Assembly: GCA_035526335.1 (NCBI GenBank)
Contig: DATLCN010000035.1
Location: 39,824-103,823 of the forward strand
DNA: 64,000 nt
Direction of reading: 5' to 3'
From: Acidimicrobiales bacterium
GTDB lineage: Bacteria; Actinomycetota; Acidimicrobiia; Acidimicrobiales; GCA-2861595
The notes beneath the pieces are model-generated. The model was not told where the DNA came from, did not search any database, and was given only the letters and a program-made list of their open reading frames with translations. The translations under genes were made by a program, and so were the position numbers. Positions 19,459-32,325 of the stretch are shown piece after piece. The first letter of the stretch is position 1; every line of letters begins with the position of its first letter.

Positions 19459-20342
19459 CGGCGGTGGCCACCGAGATCGGCGCCGGCACCGCGACGGTGC
19501 GCTGGCGGGGGCTGCTGGCCGAGGCGGCAGCCCGCCTGGGGTCGGCCGTCGATGCCCGCCGGATACTGGAGCGGGCCTCGGGAATTGAAGGTGCCGAGCT
19601 CCACCTCGGGCTCGACGAACCCGTGACGGTCCGCACCGCGGCCCATTTCGAGGCGATGGTGCAGCGACGGGAGGCGGGTGAGCCGCTGCAGTACGTGATC
19701 GGCTCGTGGGGCTTCCGGTCGATCGACGTCTTCGTCGACCGCCGGGTGCTCGTTCCCCGGCCGGAGACGGAGGCGGTGGTCGAAGTGGCCCTGGCCGAGC
19801 TGCGGCGGTTGGGCGCCGGCCGCCACCCGACGGTGGTGGACCTGGGCACCGGCTCGGGGGCCATCGCCCTTTCGATCGCGAGTGAGGTTGCCGGCGCCGA
19901 CGTTTGGGCGACGGATCGTTCCGCCGACGCGCTGGCCGTCGCGCGGGCCAATCTGGCCGGTCTGGGCCGCGCCGGCACCCGGGTGCGTCTCGTCGAGGGC
20001 TCGTGGTTCAGCGCCCTCCCTCCGATCCTGAGGGGCCGGGTCCACCTCATCGTGTCCAACCCTCCCTACGTGGGGGAGAGCGAGGTGCCCGACCTTCCTC
20101 CGGAGGTGGCCCGCTGGGAGCCCCGCTCCGCCCTGGTCGGCGGGCCCACCGGCCTCGAGCAGGTCGAGGCGGTCATCGAAGGGGCGCCGCCATGGCTGTC
20201 CAGGCCGGGCTCACTGGTCGTGGAGATCGCCCCCCACCAGGCCTCTGCCGCCGTGAGCCGCGCCCTGGGCGCCGGCTTCTCCGAAGCCGGAGTCCAGCCC
20301 GACCTCGCCGGCCGCCTCCGAGCCCTCGTCGCCCGGATCTGA
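19455..20342 (+). CDS. prmC: release-factor glutamine N5-methyltransferase
   Basis: 295 aa with 'VVDLGTGSGAIAL' and 'IVSNPPYV'. GTGA overlap with prfA. Confidence 0.92.
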   Translation: MTAVATEIGAGTATVRWRGLLAEAAARLGSAVDARRILERASGIEGAELHLGLDEPVTVRTAAHFEAMVQRREAGEPLQYVIGSWGFRSIDVFVDRRVLVPRPETEAVVEVALAELRRLGAGRHPTVVDLGTGSGAIALSIASEVAGADVWATDRSADALAVARANLAGLGRAGTRVRLVEGSWFSALPPILRGRVHLIVSNPPYVGESEVPDLPPEVARWEPRSALVGGPTGLEQVEAVIEGAPPWLSRPGSLVVEIAPHQASAAVSRALGAGFSEAGVQPDLAGRLRALVARI

Positions 20343-20354
20343 GCAGATATCGGC

Positions 20355-20984
20355 GTGGCCATGCTGCCCGCCTCGGGCGACCCGCCGGCGGCCGAGCTCG
20401 TGCTCGAGGCCGTCGCGGCCCTGCACGCCGGCCAGATCGTGGCCGTCCCCACCGACACGGTCTACGGCCTGGCGGTGGATCCCTTCCGCGCCGGCGCCGC
20501 TGAGCGCCTCTTCGCGCTCAAGCGCCGGCCTCGTGAGGTGGACCTGCCGGTGCTGGTGGCGGACGAGCGGCAGGCGCTGTCGCTGACGGTGGCGGTGCCA
20601 GACGTCGCCCGCCGGCTCATGGGGCTGTACTGGCCAGGCGCGCTCACGCTCGTGCTCCCCCGCAACCCTGGTGTGGCCGCCGACCTGGGCACGGACGACG
20701 TCACCATCGGCCTGCGCTGCCCAGCTCACCTCGTTCCGCTGGCCCTCTGTGCCGCCGCCGGTCCCCTCGCCACCACCAGCGCCAACCTCCACGGCGAGCC
20801 CACCCTGTGCACCGCGGCCGAGGTCATCGCCACTTTCGGGGACTCCGTCAAGCTCGTCCTCGACGGCGGGACCTGCGCCGGCACACCCTCCACCGTGGTC
20901 GACTGCACCGGCGAAGTCCCCAAGCTCCTCCGCCGAGGCCGTATCCCGTGGGCCGAGATAGTCGCCGCCCTCCTCCAGACCTAG
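20355..20984 (+). CDS. tsaC: L-threonylcarbamoyladenylate synthase (TsaC/YwlC/Sua5 family)
   Basis: 209 aa with 'VAVPTDTVYGLAVD', 'LKRRP' and 'TTSANLHGEP'. Confidence 0.9.
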   Translation: MAMLPASGDPPAAELVLEAVAALHAGQIVAVPTDTVYGLAVDPFRAGAAERLFALKRRPREVDLPVLVADERQALSLTVAVPDVARRLMGLYWPGALTLVLPRNPGVAADLGTDDVTIGLRCPAHLVPLALCAAAGPLATTSANLHGEPTLCTAAEVIATFGDSVKLVLDGGTCAGTPSTVVDCTGEVPKLLRRGRIPWAEIVAALLQT

Positions 20985-21598
20985 CTCCCACAACCCAGCT
21001 ACGAAGTCTTGCGCCCGCCAAACTGGCCACCGCCTTTAGACTCGCCGGCATCGACATCCTCGTCATCTGCACCGGGAACATCTGCCGCTCGCCCATGGCC
21101 GAGGCCTTTCTGCAGCGCCGGCTGGACGGCATCGGCGAAGAGGCGAGGGTTCACAGCGCCGGTCTCCTCAGCGCCGGCAACCCCGCCAGCGCCGAAGGGG
21201 TGGAGATCCTGGCCGCGATGGGCGTGGACAAGTCGGCCCACCGCAGCCGGCGCATGTCCGAGGACCTTTTGGCGCCGGCTGATCTCGTCCTGGGCATGGC
21301 CCGGGAGCACGTCCGTGAGGCGGTGTCGACGGTGCCGGACGCATGGCCCCGCACCTTCACGTTGAAGGAGCTGGTGCGCCGCGGAGAGGAGCTCGGGGGC
21401 CGGGCTCGGGGGCAGGGCTTCGAGGACTGGCTGGCCAAGCTTCACGTCGGGCGCAGCCGAAACGATCTACTCGGGTACTCAGCCGCCGACGATGTGGCCG
21501 ACCCGATCGGGCGGGGCGCCAACTTCTACAGAGGAACGGCCGAGGAGCTCGACGACCTGGCCCGCCGGCTCGTCGAACTGGGCTGGGGAGGTCACTGA
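20948..21598 (+). CDS. low-molecular-weight protein (Tyr/Arg) phosphatase, YwlE-like; start codon uncertain
   Basis: '[19 protein letters not shown]' (CX5R P-loop) and 'VADPIG'. The only canonical in-frame start upstream of the P-loop is GTG 20948, inside tsaC. Confidence 0.85.
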   Translation: MGRDSRRPPPDLAPTTQLRSLAPAKLATAFRLAGIDILVICTGNICRSPMAEAFLQRRLDGIGEEARVHSAGLLSAGNPASAEGVEILAAMGVDKSAHRSRRMSEDLLAPADLVLGMAREHVREAVSTVPDAWPRTFTLKELVRRGEELGGRARGQGFEDWLAKLHVGRSRNDLLGYSAADDVADPIGRGANFYRGTAEELDDLARRLVELGWGGH

Positions 21599-21601
21599 AT
21601 C

Positions 21602-22045
21602 GTGCGCGTCGCCATCGGTGCCGACCACGCCGGATACCCGCTCAAGTGCCACCTCGTCGCCACGCTGGAGAAGCTGGGCCACGAGGTGGACGACCACGGA
21701 ACCGACAGCGGGGAGTCGGTCGACTATCCCGAGATCTGTGCCGGCGTGGGCCTGGCGGTGGCAGAGGGCAGAGCCGACAGGGGGATCGTCCTGGGAGGCA
21801 GCGGCCAGGGCGAGCAGCTGGCGGCCAACAAGGTGCGGGGAGTGAGGGCGGCGCTGTGCAACGACCTGTACACGGCAAGGCTGTCCCGCGAGCACAACGA
21901 CGCCAACGTGCTGTCCATGGGCGGCCGGATTTTGGGTACCGGCCTGGCCGACGAAATCGTCACGCTGTGGCTCGCAACCGGGTTCGAGGGCGGCCGCCAC
22001 GCCAAGCGGGTCGAGCAGATCACCGCCATCGAGGCCCGTCAGTGA
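21602..22045 (+). CDS. rpiB: ribose-5-phosphate isomerase B
   Basis: 147 aa with '[15 protein letters not shown]' and '[17 protein letters not shown]'. Confidence 0.93.
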   Translation: MRVAIGADHAGYPLKCHLVATLEKLGHEVDDHGTDSGESVDYPEICAGVGLAVAEGRADRGIVLGGSGQGEQLAANKVRGVRAALCNDLYTARLSREHNDANVLSMGGRILGTGLADEIVTLWLATGFEGGRHAKRVEQITAIEARQ

Positions 22046-23301
22046 CCGGTATCCCTCTGAGCCAGGTCGATCCCGAGATCGCCGGCATCCTCGGCCGTGA
22101 ACGGGAGCGTCAGAACACCACCCTCCAGCTCATCGCCTCGGAGAACTTCACCTCGCCGGCGGTGATGGAGGCCACCGGGTCCGTCCTCACCAACAAGTAC
22201 GCCGAGGGCTATCCCGGCAGGAGGTATTACGGCGGCAACGAAGTGGTCGACGAGGCGGAGGATCTGGCCAGGGAGCGGTGCAAGGCTCTCTTCGGCGCAG
22301 AGCACGCCAACGTCCAACCGCACTCCGGCGCCAACGCCAACATGGCGATGTACCTGGCGCTGCTCGAGCCGGGCGACACCGTCATCGGCATGCGACTCGA
22401 TCAGGGCGGTCATCTCACCCACGGCTCACCGGTGAACATGAGCGGCCGCCTCTACAACTTCGTTTCCTACGGCGTGAGGGAGGACGACGAGCGACTCGAC
22501 CTCGACCAGATCCGGGATCTGGCCCGTGAGCACCGCCCGAAGATGATCGTGGCCGGGGCCACCGCCTACTCCCGGCTGATCGATCCGGCGCCGTTCCGCC
22601 TGATCGCCGACGAGGTGGGGGCCCTGTTCGTGTTCGACGCGGCCCACGTCGCGGGGTTGATCGCCGGCGGCGTCCACCCCGACCCCGTTCCCCTGGCCGA
22701 CGTCGTCACCTTCACGACCCACAAGACGCTCCGTGGACCACGGGGGGGCTGCATCGTCACCACCACCGAGCGCGGTGCGGCCGTCGACAAGGCGGTGTTC
22801 CCCGGCCTGCAGGGCGGACCGCTCGAGCACGTCATCGCGGCCAAGGCGGTGGCCTTCAAGGAGGCGGCGGAGCCTGATTTCCGCAGCTACGCGGCTCAGG
22901 TCGTGGCCAACGCCAGAGCCATGGTCGAGGCACTCACCGCCGAGGGTTTCCGCATCGTGTCGGGCGGTACCGACAACCACCTCATGCTGGTCGACCTCCG
23001 GCCCTTCGATGCCGAGCTCACCGGCAAGGAGGCCCAGATCGTCCTCGATCGGGCGGGCATCACCCTCAACAAGAACCAGATCCCCGGTGACCCCCGCTCG
23101 CCGTTCGTCACCAGTGGTGTGCGGATCGGCACCCCCGCCGTCACCACCGCCGGCATGACCGAGCCGGAGATGGCGACGGTGGCCTCCCTCATCGGCCGCG
23201 CCCTGCGAAAGCGGGGGGAGGAGGCCGAACTGGTCGCGGTGCGCGAGGAGGTCGGCGTCCTCTGCTCGAAGTTCACGCCCTACCCCCCGCCGGGGGGATA
23301 G
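22042..23301 (+). CDS. glyA: serine hydroxymethyltransferase
   Basis: '[17 protein letters not shown]', '[13 protein letters not shown]' and '[12 protein letters not shown]'. Start set at GTG 22042 (GTGA overlap with rpiB) instead of the track's 21343. Confidence 0.97.
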   Translation: MTGIPLSQVDPEIAGILGRERERQNTTLQLIASENFTSPAVMEATGSVLTNKYAEGYPGRRYYGGNEVVDEAEDLARERCKALFGAEHANVQPHSGANANMAMYLALLEPGDTVIGMRLDQGGHLTHGSPVNMSGRLYNFVSYGVREDDERLDLDQIRDLAREHRPKMIVAGATAYSRLIDPAPFRLIADEVGALFVFDAAHVAGLIAGGVHPDPVPLADVVTFTTHKTLRGPRGGCIVTTTERGAAVDKAVFPGLQGGPLEHVIAAKAVAFKEAAEPDFRSYAAQVVANARAMVEALTAEGFRIVSGGTDNHLMLVDLRPFDAELTGKEAQIVLDRAGITLNKNQIPGDPRSPFVTSGVRIGTPAVTTAGMTEPEMATVASLIGRALRKRGEEAELVAVREEVGVLCSKFTPYPPPGG

Positions 23302-23306
23302 GCGCC

Positions 23307-24518
23307 GTGGGCGGGTACGCGGTCGTCCTCGGGGTGGCGGCTGTCACCACCTACCTTCTCGGCTTCCTCGTTCGCCGGGTGGCGGTCAGGGTGGGCGCGG
23401 TGGTCCTGCCCGACGAGCGGCGGGTCCACGCCCTGCCCACGCCCACCGCCGGCGGCGCCGCCATGTTCGGGGCCCTGCTCCTGGCCATGTTCGTGGCCTC
23501 CCAGCTCCCGCAGTTCCGGCCGGTGTTCGAAGGATCCTCCGAGCCTCTGGGGATAGTGCTGGCCGCCGGCGTGATCTTCATCGTCGGCCTGGTCGACGAC
23601 GTCCGCGACGTCTCGGCGCCGGCCAAGCTGGCGGGCCAGGTGTTGGCCGGCAGCGTCCTGTCCTTCCTCGGCGTGACCATGCTGTACTTCCGGGTCCCTT
23701 TCCTGGACATCGTCTCCATCTCGCCGGACCTGGCCCCGCTGCTCACCGTCCTCTGGGTGGCGGCCATCGCCAACGCCATCAACCTGGTCGACGGCCTCGA
23801 CGGGCTCGCCGCCGGCGTGGTCGCCATCGCCGCCGCCGCCTTCTTCGTCTACGCCGACAGGCTCTTCAAGGCCGGCCTGCTCGGCGGTGACAACCTGGGT
23901 CCCCTGGTGGCGGTCATCGCCTGCGGCGTCTGCCTGGGGTTCCTTCCGCACAACTTCCACCCCGCCCGCATCTTCATGGGAGACGCCGGCGCCATGCTCC
24001 TGGGGCTGCTCATGGCCAGCTCCACCATGGTGGTGGGAGGCCGGACGGCCGACCAGTTCAGCGGCCAGACCTACTTTTTCTTCGCGCCCATGTTCATCCC
24101 CTTGTTCGTGCTGGGTGTGCCCATACTCGACACCGCCTTCGCCATCGTCCGCCGGTCGGTCAGGAGGACGAGTCTGTCCACGCCCGACAAGGAGCACCTT
24201 CACCACCGGCTCATGCGCCTGGGGCACGGTCACCGGCGCTCGGTGGTGATCCTCTGGTCCTGGACCGCCATCCTGTCCGGGCTCGTGCTGTTTCCGACCT
24301 TCACCAACGAGGGCAACGCCGTCATTCCCTTCGCCGTCGCCGGCCTGGTCGTGGCGCTCTACACCCTCTTCCACCCCGGGGTCCGGCAGAAGGCCGAGAC
24401 GGAGGCCGAGGCCCGCGTGTTGCAGGACGAGCTGGGGGCCGTGGGTGGCGACCCCGACGCCGCGCTGGCCGACATCGTGGCCATGGAGGAGCGCCGACGC
24501 ACCGCCGGCGGCGCGTGA
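23307..24518 (+). CDS. wecA: undecaprenyl-phosphate GlcNAc-1-phosphate transferase (WecA/Rfe, MraY family)
   Basis: 403-aa polytopic membrane protein with 'NAINLVDGLDGLA' and 'IFMGDAGAMLLG'. Confidence 0.9.
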   Translation: MGGYAVVLGVAAVTTYLLGFLVRRVAVRVGAVVLPDERRVHALPTPTAGGAAMFGALLLAMFVASQLPQFRPVFEGSSEPLGIVLAAGVIFIVGLVDDVRDVSAPAKLAGQVLAGSVLSFLGVTMLYFRVPFLDIVSISPDLAPLLTVLWVAAIANAINLVDGLDGLAAGVVAIAAAAFFVYADRLFKAGLLGGDNLGPLVAVIACGVCLGFLPHNFHPARIFMGDAGAMLLGLLMASSTMVVGGRTADQFSGQTYFFFAPMFIPLFVLGVPILDTAFAIVRRSVRRTSLSTPDKEHLHHRLMRLGHGHRRSVVILWSWTAILSGLVLFPTFTNEGNAVIPFAVAGLVVALYTLFHPGVRQKAETEAEARVLQDELGAVGGDPDAALADIVAMEERRRTAGGA

Positions 24519-24577
24519 ACTTGCGGGTTTCTGTGCCGCCCCTTTAGATTCCGCTCGACGGAACAGGGGCAAGAGGC

Positions 24578-24850
24578 TTGGATCTTCGCGACAAACGCGA
24601 GCTGTACAACGGGTTCGGGGACACACTGGCCAGGGCGGTCGAGTTCGTGGTGACTCCGATGCTGTTCGGCTTCGGTGGGCATCTGCTGGATGGCTGGTTC
24701 GGCACCGGTGTGGTGCTGACGGCGCTATTGGCTGCCCTCGCTCTGGCCGGTACGACCATCGGGATGTATTACGGCTACGAGGTGGCGATGAAGGCCCACG
24801 AGGCGAATTCGCCGTGGGCCAAAAGAGCACCGAGGGGCTCGGCCAGTTGA
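24578..24850 (+). CDS. AtpZ/AtpI-family small membrane protein
   Basis: 90 aa with 'GFGGHLLDGWFGTG' and two TM helices. It sits immediately upstream of the atp operon. Confidence 0.75.
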   Translation: MDLRDKRELYNGFGDTLARAVEFVVTPMLFGFGGHLLDGWFGTGVVLTALLAALALAGTTIGMYYGYEVAMKAHEANSPWAKRAPRGSAS

Positions 24851-25290
24851 CGACCACCACTGAGGCGATACCCGAAGTGGAGAAGATGGTGGTGGCCGAC
24901 ATGGCCCGCCGGTCTCTTCCCGTGGCGCCGGTCCTGCTCCTCGCCGGCGCCGTCTTCTGGGGCCTCGCCGGCCTCCTCTCCTCCGCGTATGGGTTCGCCA
25001 TCGCCCTCGCCAACCTCGCTCTCTCGGCCGCCCTCCTCAGCTGGGCCGCCCGGCGGGGGCTCTCCTTTCTGATGGCCACCGCCCTCGGTGGATACCTGCT
25101 CCGGCTCGGTCTTCTCACCGTCGCGGTTCAGGGTGTCCGTCACAGCTCATGGGTGGAGATGGTTCCGCTCGGAGTCACGATCCTGATCACCCATCTCGGT
25201 CTCCTCTGGTGGGAGACGAAACACCTGTCCATGTCCCTGGCCTTTCCCGGCCTCAAGCCGTCACCGGCGCCGGCCGCGCCGGGGAGCTGA
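24847..25290 (+). CDS. atpI: ATP synthase protein I-like membrane protein
   Basis: A hydrophobic four-helix protein directly before atpB. The start could be TTG 24847 (TTGA overlap), GTG 24877 or ATG 24886. Confidence 0.62.
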   Translation: MTTTTEAIPEVEKMVVADMARRSLPVAPVLLLAGAVFWGLAGLLSSAYGFAIALANLALSAALLSWAARRGLSFLMATALGGYLLRLGLLTVAVQGVRHSSWVEMVPLGVTILITHLGLLWWETKHLSMSLAFPGLKPSPAPAAPGS

Positions 25291-25295
25291 ACCAC

Positions 25296-26328
<1,033 letters not shown>

Positions 26329-26338
26329 GGGGCCGGCC

Positions 26339-27022
26339 ATGCGCATCCGAGCGCTCACCGCCGCCGTCATGTTCGCCGTCCTCAGCGTCTTCGCCTTCGG
26401 CCGGGTTGCGGTGGCCCAGGAGGGGCCGCCCCAGGAGGGGCAAGAGGAGTCAAAGGCGACCCACGCCGGCGAGGAGTGCATCGAGATCCTGGAGAAGGGC
26501 GGCAAGGCCGAGGAGTGCCACGACGCGCCCAGCCCGATCATCCCGGAGACCAAGGAGATCGTCTGGGGTTCGATCTCCTTTCTCGCCTTGCTGTTCCTGA
26601 TGAGCAAGTTCGCCTACCCGGCGCTCAAGAAGAGCATGGACGCCCGCACCGCGAAGATCCGCGGCAACCTCGACGACGCCGAGCGGGTGAAGGCGGAAGC
26701 GGCCAAAGTGCTGGAGGACTACAAGCGCCAGCTGGCCGACGCCCGCAACGAGTCGAACCGCATCATCGAGGAGGCCCGCCAGACGGCCGACCAGCTGCGC
26801 CGCGACCTGATGCAGCGGGCCGAGGCCGAGGTGGCCGAGCTGCGCCAGAAGACCCGCGACGACATCAGCGCCGCTCAGGAGCGCGCCATGGCCGACCTGC
26901 AGTCCCGCGTCGGTGACATGGCCATCGAGCTGGCCGGGAAGGTGGTCGAGGCCAACCTCGACCGCGACGCCAACATTCGCCTCATCGACAGCTACATCGC
27001 CCAGGTGGGCAGCAGCTCCTGA
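26339..27022 (+). CDS. atpF: F0F1 ATP synthase subunit b with an N-terminal extension
   Basis: 227 aa. The canonical b begins near 'IVWGSISFLALLFLMSKFAYPAL' and is preceded by about 66 extra residues. An SD-like GAGGGG lies upstream of ATG 26339. Confidence 0.9.
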   Translation: MRIRALTAAVMFAVLSVFAFGRVAVAQEGPPQEGQEESKATHAGEECIEILEKGGKAEECHDAPSPIIPETKEIVWGSISFLALLFLMSKFAYPALKKSMDARTAKIRGNLDDAERVKAEAAKVLEDYKRQLADARNESNRIIEEARQTADQLRRDLMQRAEAEVAELRQKTRDDISAAQERAMADLQSRVGDMAIELAGKVVEANLDRDANIRLIDSYIAQVGSSS

Positions 27023-27052
27023 TGGGCACCTTCTCGTGATGAGCACGGTCAC

Positions 27053-27583
27053 ATGAGCACCAACACTCGCGTGCACGCCTACGCCTCGGCGTTGTTCGAG
27101 GTGGCCCGGGCCGAGGGTGCCCTCGACACCGTGGAGGAGGAGCTGTTCCGCGTCGCCCGCACCTTCGAGGGCAGCGACGAGCTGCGTTCCACCCTGACCG
27201 ACCAGGCCATCCCCGTGGAGATGCGCCAGGGCATCGTCGAGCAGCTGCTCGGCGACCGGGCCTCGCCCGTCACCACCTCGCTCGTCTCCTTCGTCGTGGG
27301 CGCCGGCCGCGCCCGCGACCTGCCCGCCATAATCGACCGGCTGGTGGAAGAGGCGGCCGATCAGCGGGACGAGGTCGTGGCCGAGGTGCGCTCCGCCGTC
27401 CCCCTCGACGTTGAGCAGAAAACCCGCCTGGCCGCCGCCCTCTCGGAGGCCACCAAGAAGAAGGTGAGCGTCAAGGTCATCGAGGACCCCAGTGTCCTCG
27501 GCGGCCTCATCGCCACCATCGGCGACACCGTCATCGACGGCTCCATTCGCCACCGTCTCGACCAGATGAAGGAATCACTGTGA
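27053..27583 (+). CDS. atpH: F0F1 ATP synthase subunit delta
   Basis: 176 aa, OSCP-like, with '[20 protein letters not shown]'. Confidence 0.9.
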   Translation: MSTNTRVHAYASALFEVARAEGALDTVEEELFRVARTFEGSDELRSTLTDQAIPVEMRQGIVEQLLGDRASPVTTSLVSFVVGAGRARDLPAIIDRLVEEAADQRDEVVAEVRSAVPLDVEQKTRLAAALSEATKKKVSVKVIEDPSVLGGLIATIGDTVIDGSIRHRLDQMKESL

Positions 27584-29268
27584 GTCCTGAAGGAAACGGC
27601 TTCTCGATCAACCCCGACGACATCGCCGCCGCCCTGCGGGACCAGCTGGCGGGGTACACCCCGGAGATGACCGCGGCCCAGGTGGGGCGCATCATCGAGG
27701 TGGGCGACGGGATCGCCCGGGTCTCGGGCCTGCCCAACGCCGCGGTGAACGAGCTGCTCGAGTTCGAGGGCGGCGCCGTCGGCCTGGCCCTCAACCTCGA
27801 CGAGGAGTCCATCGGCGCCGTCATCCTCGGCGACGTGGAGCACATCCAGGAAGGCCAGTCGGTCAAGGCCACCGGGCGGATCCTGTCGGTCCCCGTAGGC
27901 GACAGCCTGCTGGGGCGGGTTGTCAATGCCCTGGGCGAGCCCATCGACGGCAAGGGCGACCTCAACTCCACCGAGACCCGCCGCCTCGAAGTCCAGGCCC
28001 CCGGCATCACCGGGCGCAAGCCGGTGCACGAGCCGCTCCAGACCGGCATCAAGGCCATCGACTCGATGACGCCGATCGGCCGGGGCCAGCGCGAGCTGAT
28101 CATCGGCGACCGCAAGACGGGCAAGACCAGCGTCGCCCTCGACACCATCATCAACCAGAAGGGCCTGGGGGTGAAGTGCATCTACGTGGCCATCGGCCAG
28201 AAGGGATCCACCGTCGCCCAGACCGTGGCCACCCTCGAGCAGTTCGGCGCCCTGGACTACACGGTGGTCGTGGTGGCGCCGGCGTCGGACCCCGCTCCCT
28301 ACAAGTACCTCGCCCCTTACGCCGGCTGCGCCATCGGCCAGCACTGGATGGACAACGGCGAGCACGCCCTCATCGTGTACGACGACCTGTCGAAGCAGGC
28401 CGAGGCCTACCGCCAGCTCGCCCTCCTCCTGCGCCGCCCGCCGGGCCGCGAGGCTTATCCCGGCGACGTGTTCTACCTCCACAGCCGCCTGCTGGAGCGG
28501 GCGGCCAAGCTCAACGAGAAGCTGGGCCTGGGTTCGCTCACCGCCCTGCCCATCATCGAGACCAAGGCGGGCGACGTGTCGGCCTACATCCCCACCAACG
28601 TGATCTCCATCACCGACGGCCAGATCTACCTGGAGACCGACCTGTTCAACGCCGGCGTGCGCCCGGCCATGAACGTAGGCATCTCGGTGTCCCGCGTGGG
28701 CAGCGCCGCCCAGGTGAAGGCCATGAAGGGTGTGGCCGGCACGCTCAAGACGGACCTGGCCCAGTTCCGCGAGCTGGAGGCCTTCGCCACCTTCGGCTCC
28801 GAGCTGGACAAGGTGTCGCAGGGCTACCTCGACCGCGGCTACCGGCTCACCGAGCTGCTCAAGCAGCCGCTGAACTCGCCCCTCGCCATCGAGGAGCAGG
28901 TGGTGTCCATCTACGCCGGCACCGGCGGCTTCCTCGACCCCATTCCGGTCACCGACGTGCGCCGCTTCGAGACCGAGGTGCTCGAGTACATGCGCACCCG
29001 CCACGCCGACCTCATGAAGACCATCAAGGAGAGCGGCAAGCTCCCCGACGACGACGCCCTCAAGACCGCGTTGGAGGGTTTCGCCGAGCAGTTCCAGCCC
29101 ACCGACTCCTCCTCGTCGGACGACGCCGGACCGCCGGAGAAGACGGATACGAAGACGGACACGAAGACGGACACGAAGACGGACACGAAGGCGGAGAAGG
29201 ACACGAACGACGGCGACGAGGCGGAGAAGAAGGACGCCGGCCCGCCTGCCGGGGACGGGGACGAGTGA
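27580..29268 (+). CDS. atpA: F0F1 ATP synthase subunit alpha with an acidic repeat-containing C-terminal extension
   Basis: 562 aa with 'GDRKTGKTS' (Walker A) and '[42 protein letters not shown]'. Confidence 0.98.
   Translation: MSPEGNGFSINPDDIAAALRDQLAGYTPEMTAAQVGRIIEVGDGIARVSGLPNAAVNELLEFEGGAVGLALNLDEESIGAVILGDVEHIQEGQSVKATGRILSVPVGDSLLGRVVNALGEPIDGKGDLNSTETRRLEVQAPGITGRKPVHEPLQTGIKAIDSMTPIGRGQRELIIGDRKTGKTSVALDTIINQKGLGVKCIYVAIGQKGSTVAQTVATLEQFGALDYTVVVVAPASDPAPYKYLAPYAGCAIGQHWMDNGEHALIVYDDLSKQAEAYRQLALLLRRPPGREAYPGDVFYLHSRLLERAAKLNEKLGLGSLTALPIIETKAGDVSAYIPTNVISITDGQIYLETDLFNAGVRPAMNVGISVSRVGSAAQVKAMKGVAGTLKTDLAQFRELEAFATFGSELDKVSQGYLDRGYRLTELLKQPLNSPLAIEEQVVSIYAGTGGFLDPIPVTDVRRFETEVLEYMRTRHADLMKTIKESGKLPDDDALKTALEGFAEQFQPTDSSSSDDAGPPEKTDTKTDTKTDTKTDTKAEKDTNDGDEAEKKDAGPPAGDGDE
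29140..29199 (+). repeat. 12-nt tandem repeat (AAGACGGAYACG x4 plus one degenerate unit) inside the atpA 3' end
   Basis: Units at 29140, 29152, 29164 and 29176 are identical except for one T/C difference. Unit 5 (29188) is degenerate. They encode (KTDT)4. Confidence 0.9.
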
Positions 29269-29431
29269 CGGCGCCGGGCGGGGTTGGGGCCTTGGGTACG
29301 CCAGTGACGGCACCGGGCGGGGATGGGCCCCCCATCTCGGGGAGGACGGCGGCCCCGGGTACGCCAGTGACGGCACCGGGCGGGGATGGGGACCCCGCCT
29401 CGGGGAGGAGGACGGGGTTGGGGCCCCGTCC
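29265..29431 (+). repeat. GC-rich direct/tandem repeat array filling the atpA-atpG spacer, ending in a strong hairpin
   Basis: The core GTGACGGCRCCGGGCGGGGWTGGGG occurs at 29265, 29304 and 29367. A 63-nt tandem unit spans 29304-29366 and 29367-29429. The hairpin GGACGGGG/CCCCGTCC is at 29410-29431. Confidence 0.85.
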
Positions 29432-29447
29432 GGGGAAAACAACATAG

Positions 29448-31882
<2,435 letters not shown>

Positions 31883-31887
31883 CCGGC

Positions 31888-32325
31888 GTGGCCCTGGAAG
31901 TGGAGCTGGTCTCGCCCGAACGCATCCTTTTCTCCGGCGAGGCCGAGATGGTCGTGTGCCGCACCTCGGACGGCGAGATCGCCTTCCTCACCGGCCACGC
32001 CCCGTTCCTCGGCGCCCTGGGTATCGGCATCGTGAGGGTCCACCAGTCCGGCGGCGACGTCCTGAGAGCGGCGGTGCACGCCGGCTTCGTACAGGTGAAG
32101 GACAACAAGGTGATCGTCCTGTCCGACGTGGCCGAGCTGCCCGACCAGATCGACGCCGCCCGGGCCCGCCAGTCCCTGGAGGACGCCCAGCGCAAGCTGT
32201 CCGCCGGCGGGGGTGCGGGCGCCGGCGAGGACGGCGACGACGCCGAGGAGGAGGCCAACGCCCAGCTCCAGCGGGCCCAGGTCCGCCTCGATCTCGCCGG
32301 CCAGGCCGAGCCCGCGCGCCACTGA
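31888..32325 (+). CDS. atpC: F0F1 ATP synthase subunit epsilon
   Basis: 145 aa. It has the N-terminal beta-sandwich 'LEVELVSPERILFSGEAEMVV' and a C-terminal helical region. Confidence 0.93.
   Translation: MALEVELVSPERILFSGEAEMVVCRTSDGEIAFLTGHAPFLGALGIGIVRVHQSGGDVLRAAVHAGFVQVKDNKVIVLSDVAELPDQIDAARARQSLEDAQRKLSAGGGAGAGEDGDDAEEEANAQLQRAQVRLDLAGQAEPARH

Noticed and set aside
23280-25118. 612-aa minus-strand ORF
   Set aside because: It lies antisense to wecA and the atpZ/atpI genes. It is low-complexity and P/R/G-rich.
29265-29431. Possible CRISPR array in the atpA-atpG spacer
   Set aside because: There are only about 2.6 contiguous repeat units, with no unique spacers, no cas genes, and a position inside an operon. 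It is a tandem repeat, not CRISPR.
27361-29445. 694-aa minus-strand ORF antisense to atpA
   Set aside because: It is an R/G/A/L-rich shadow frame opposite a certain gene. This is typical of very GC-rich DNA, and no motifs are recognised.
28176-29447. 423-aa plus-strand ORF in an alternative frame of atpA
   Set aside because: Most of it is an off-frame read of atpA. Only its last 60 codons (29265-29447, the spacer) are discussed as a possible micro-ORF.
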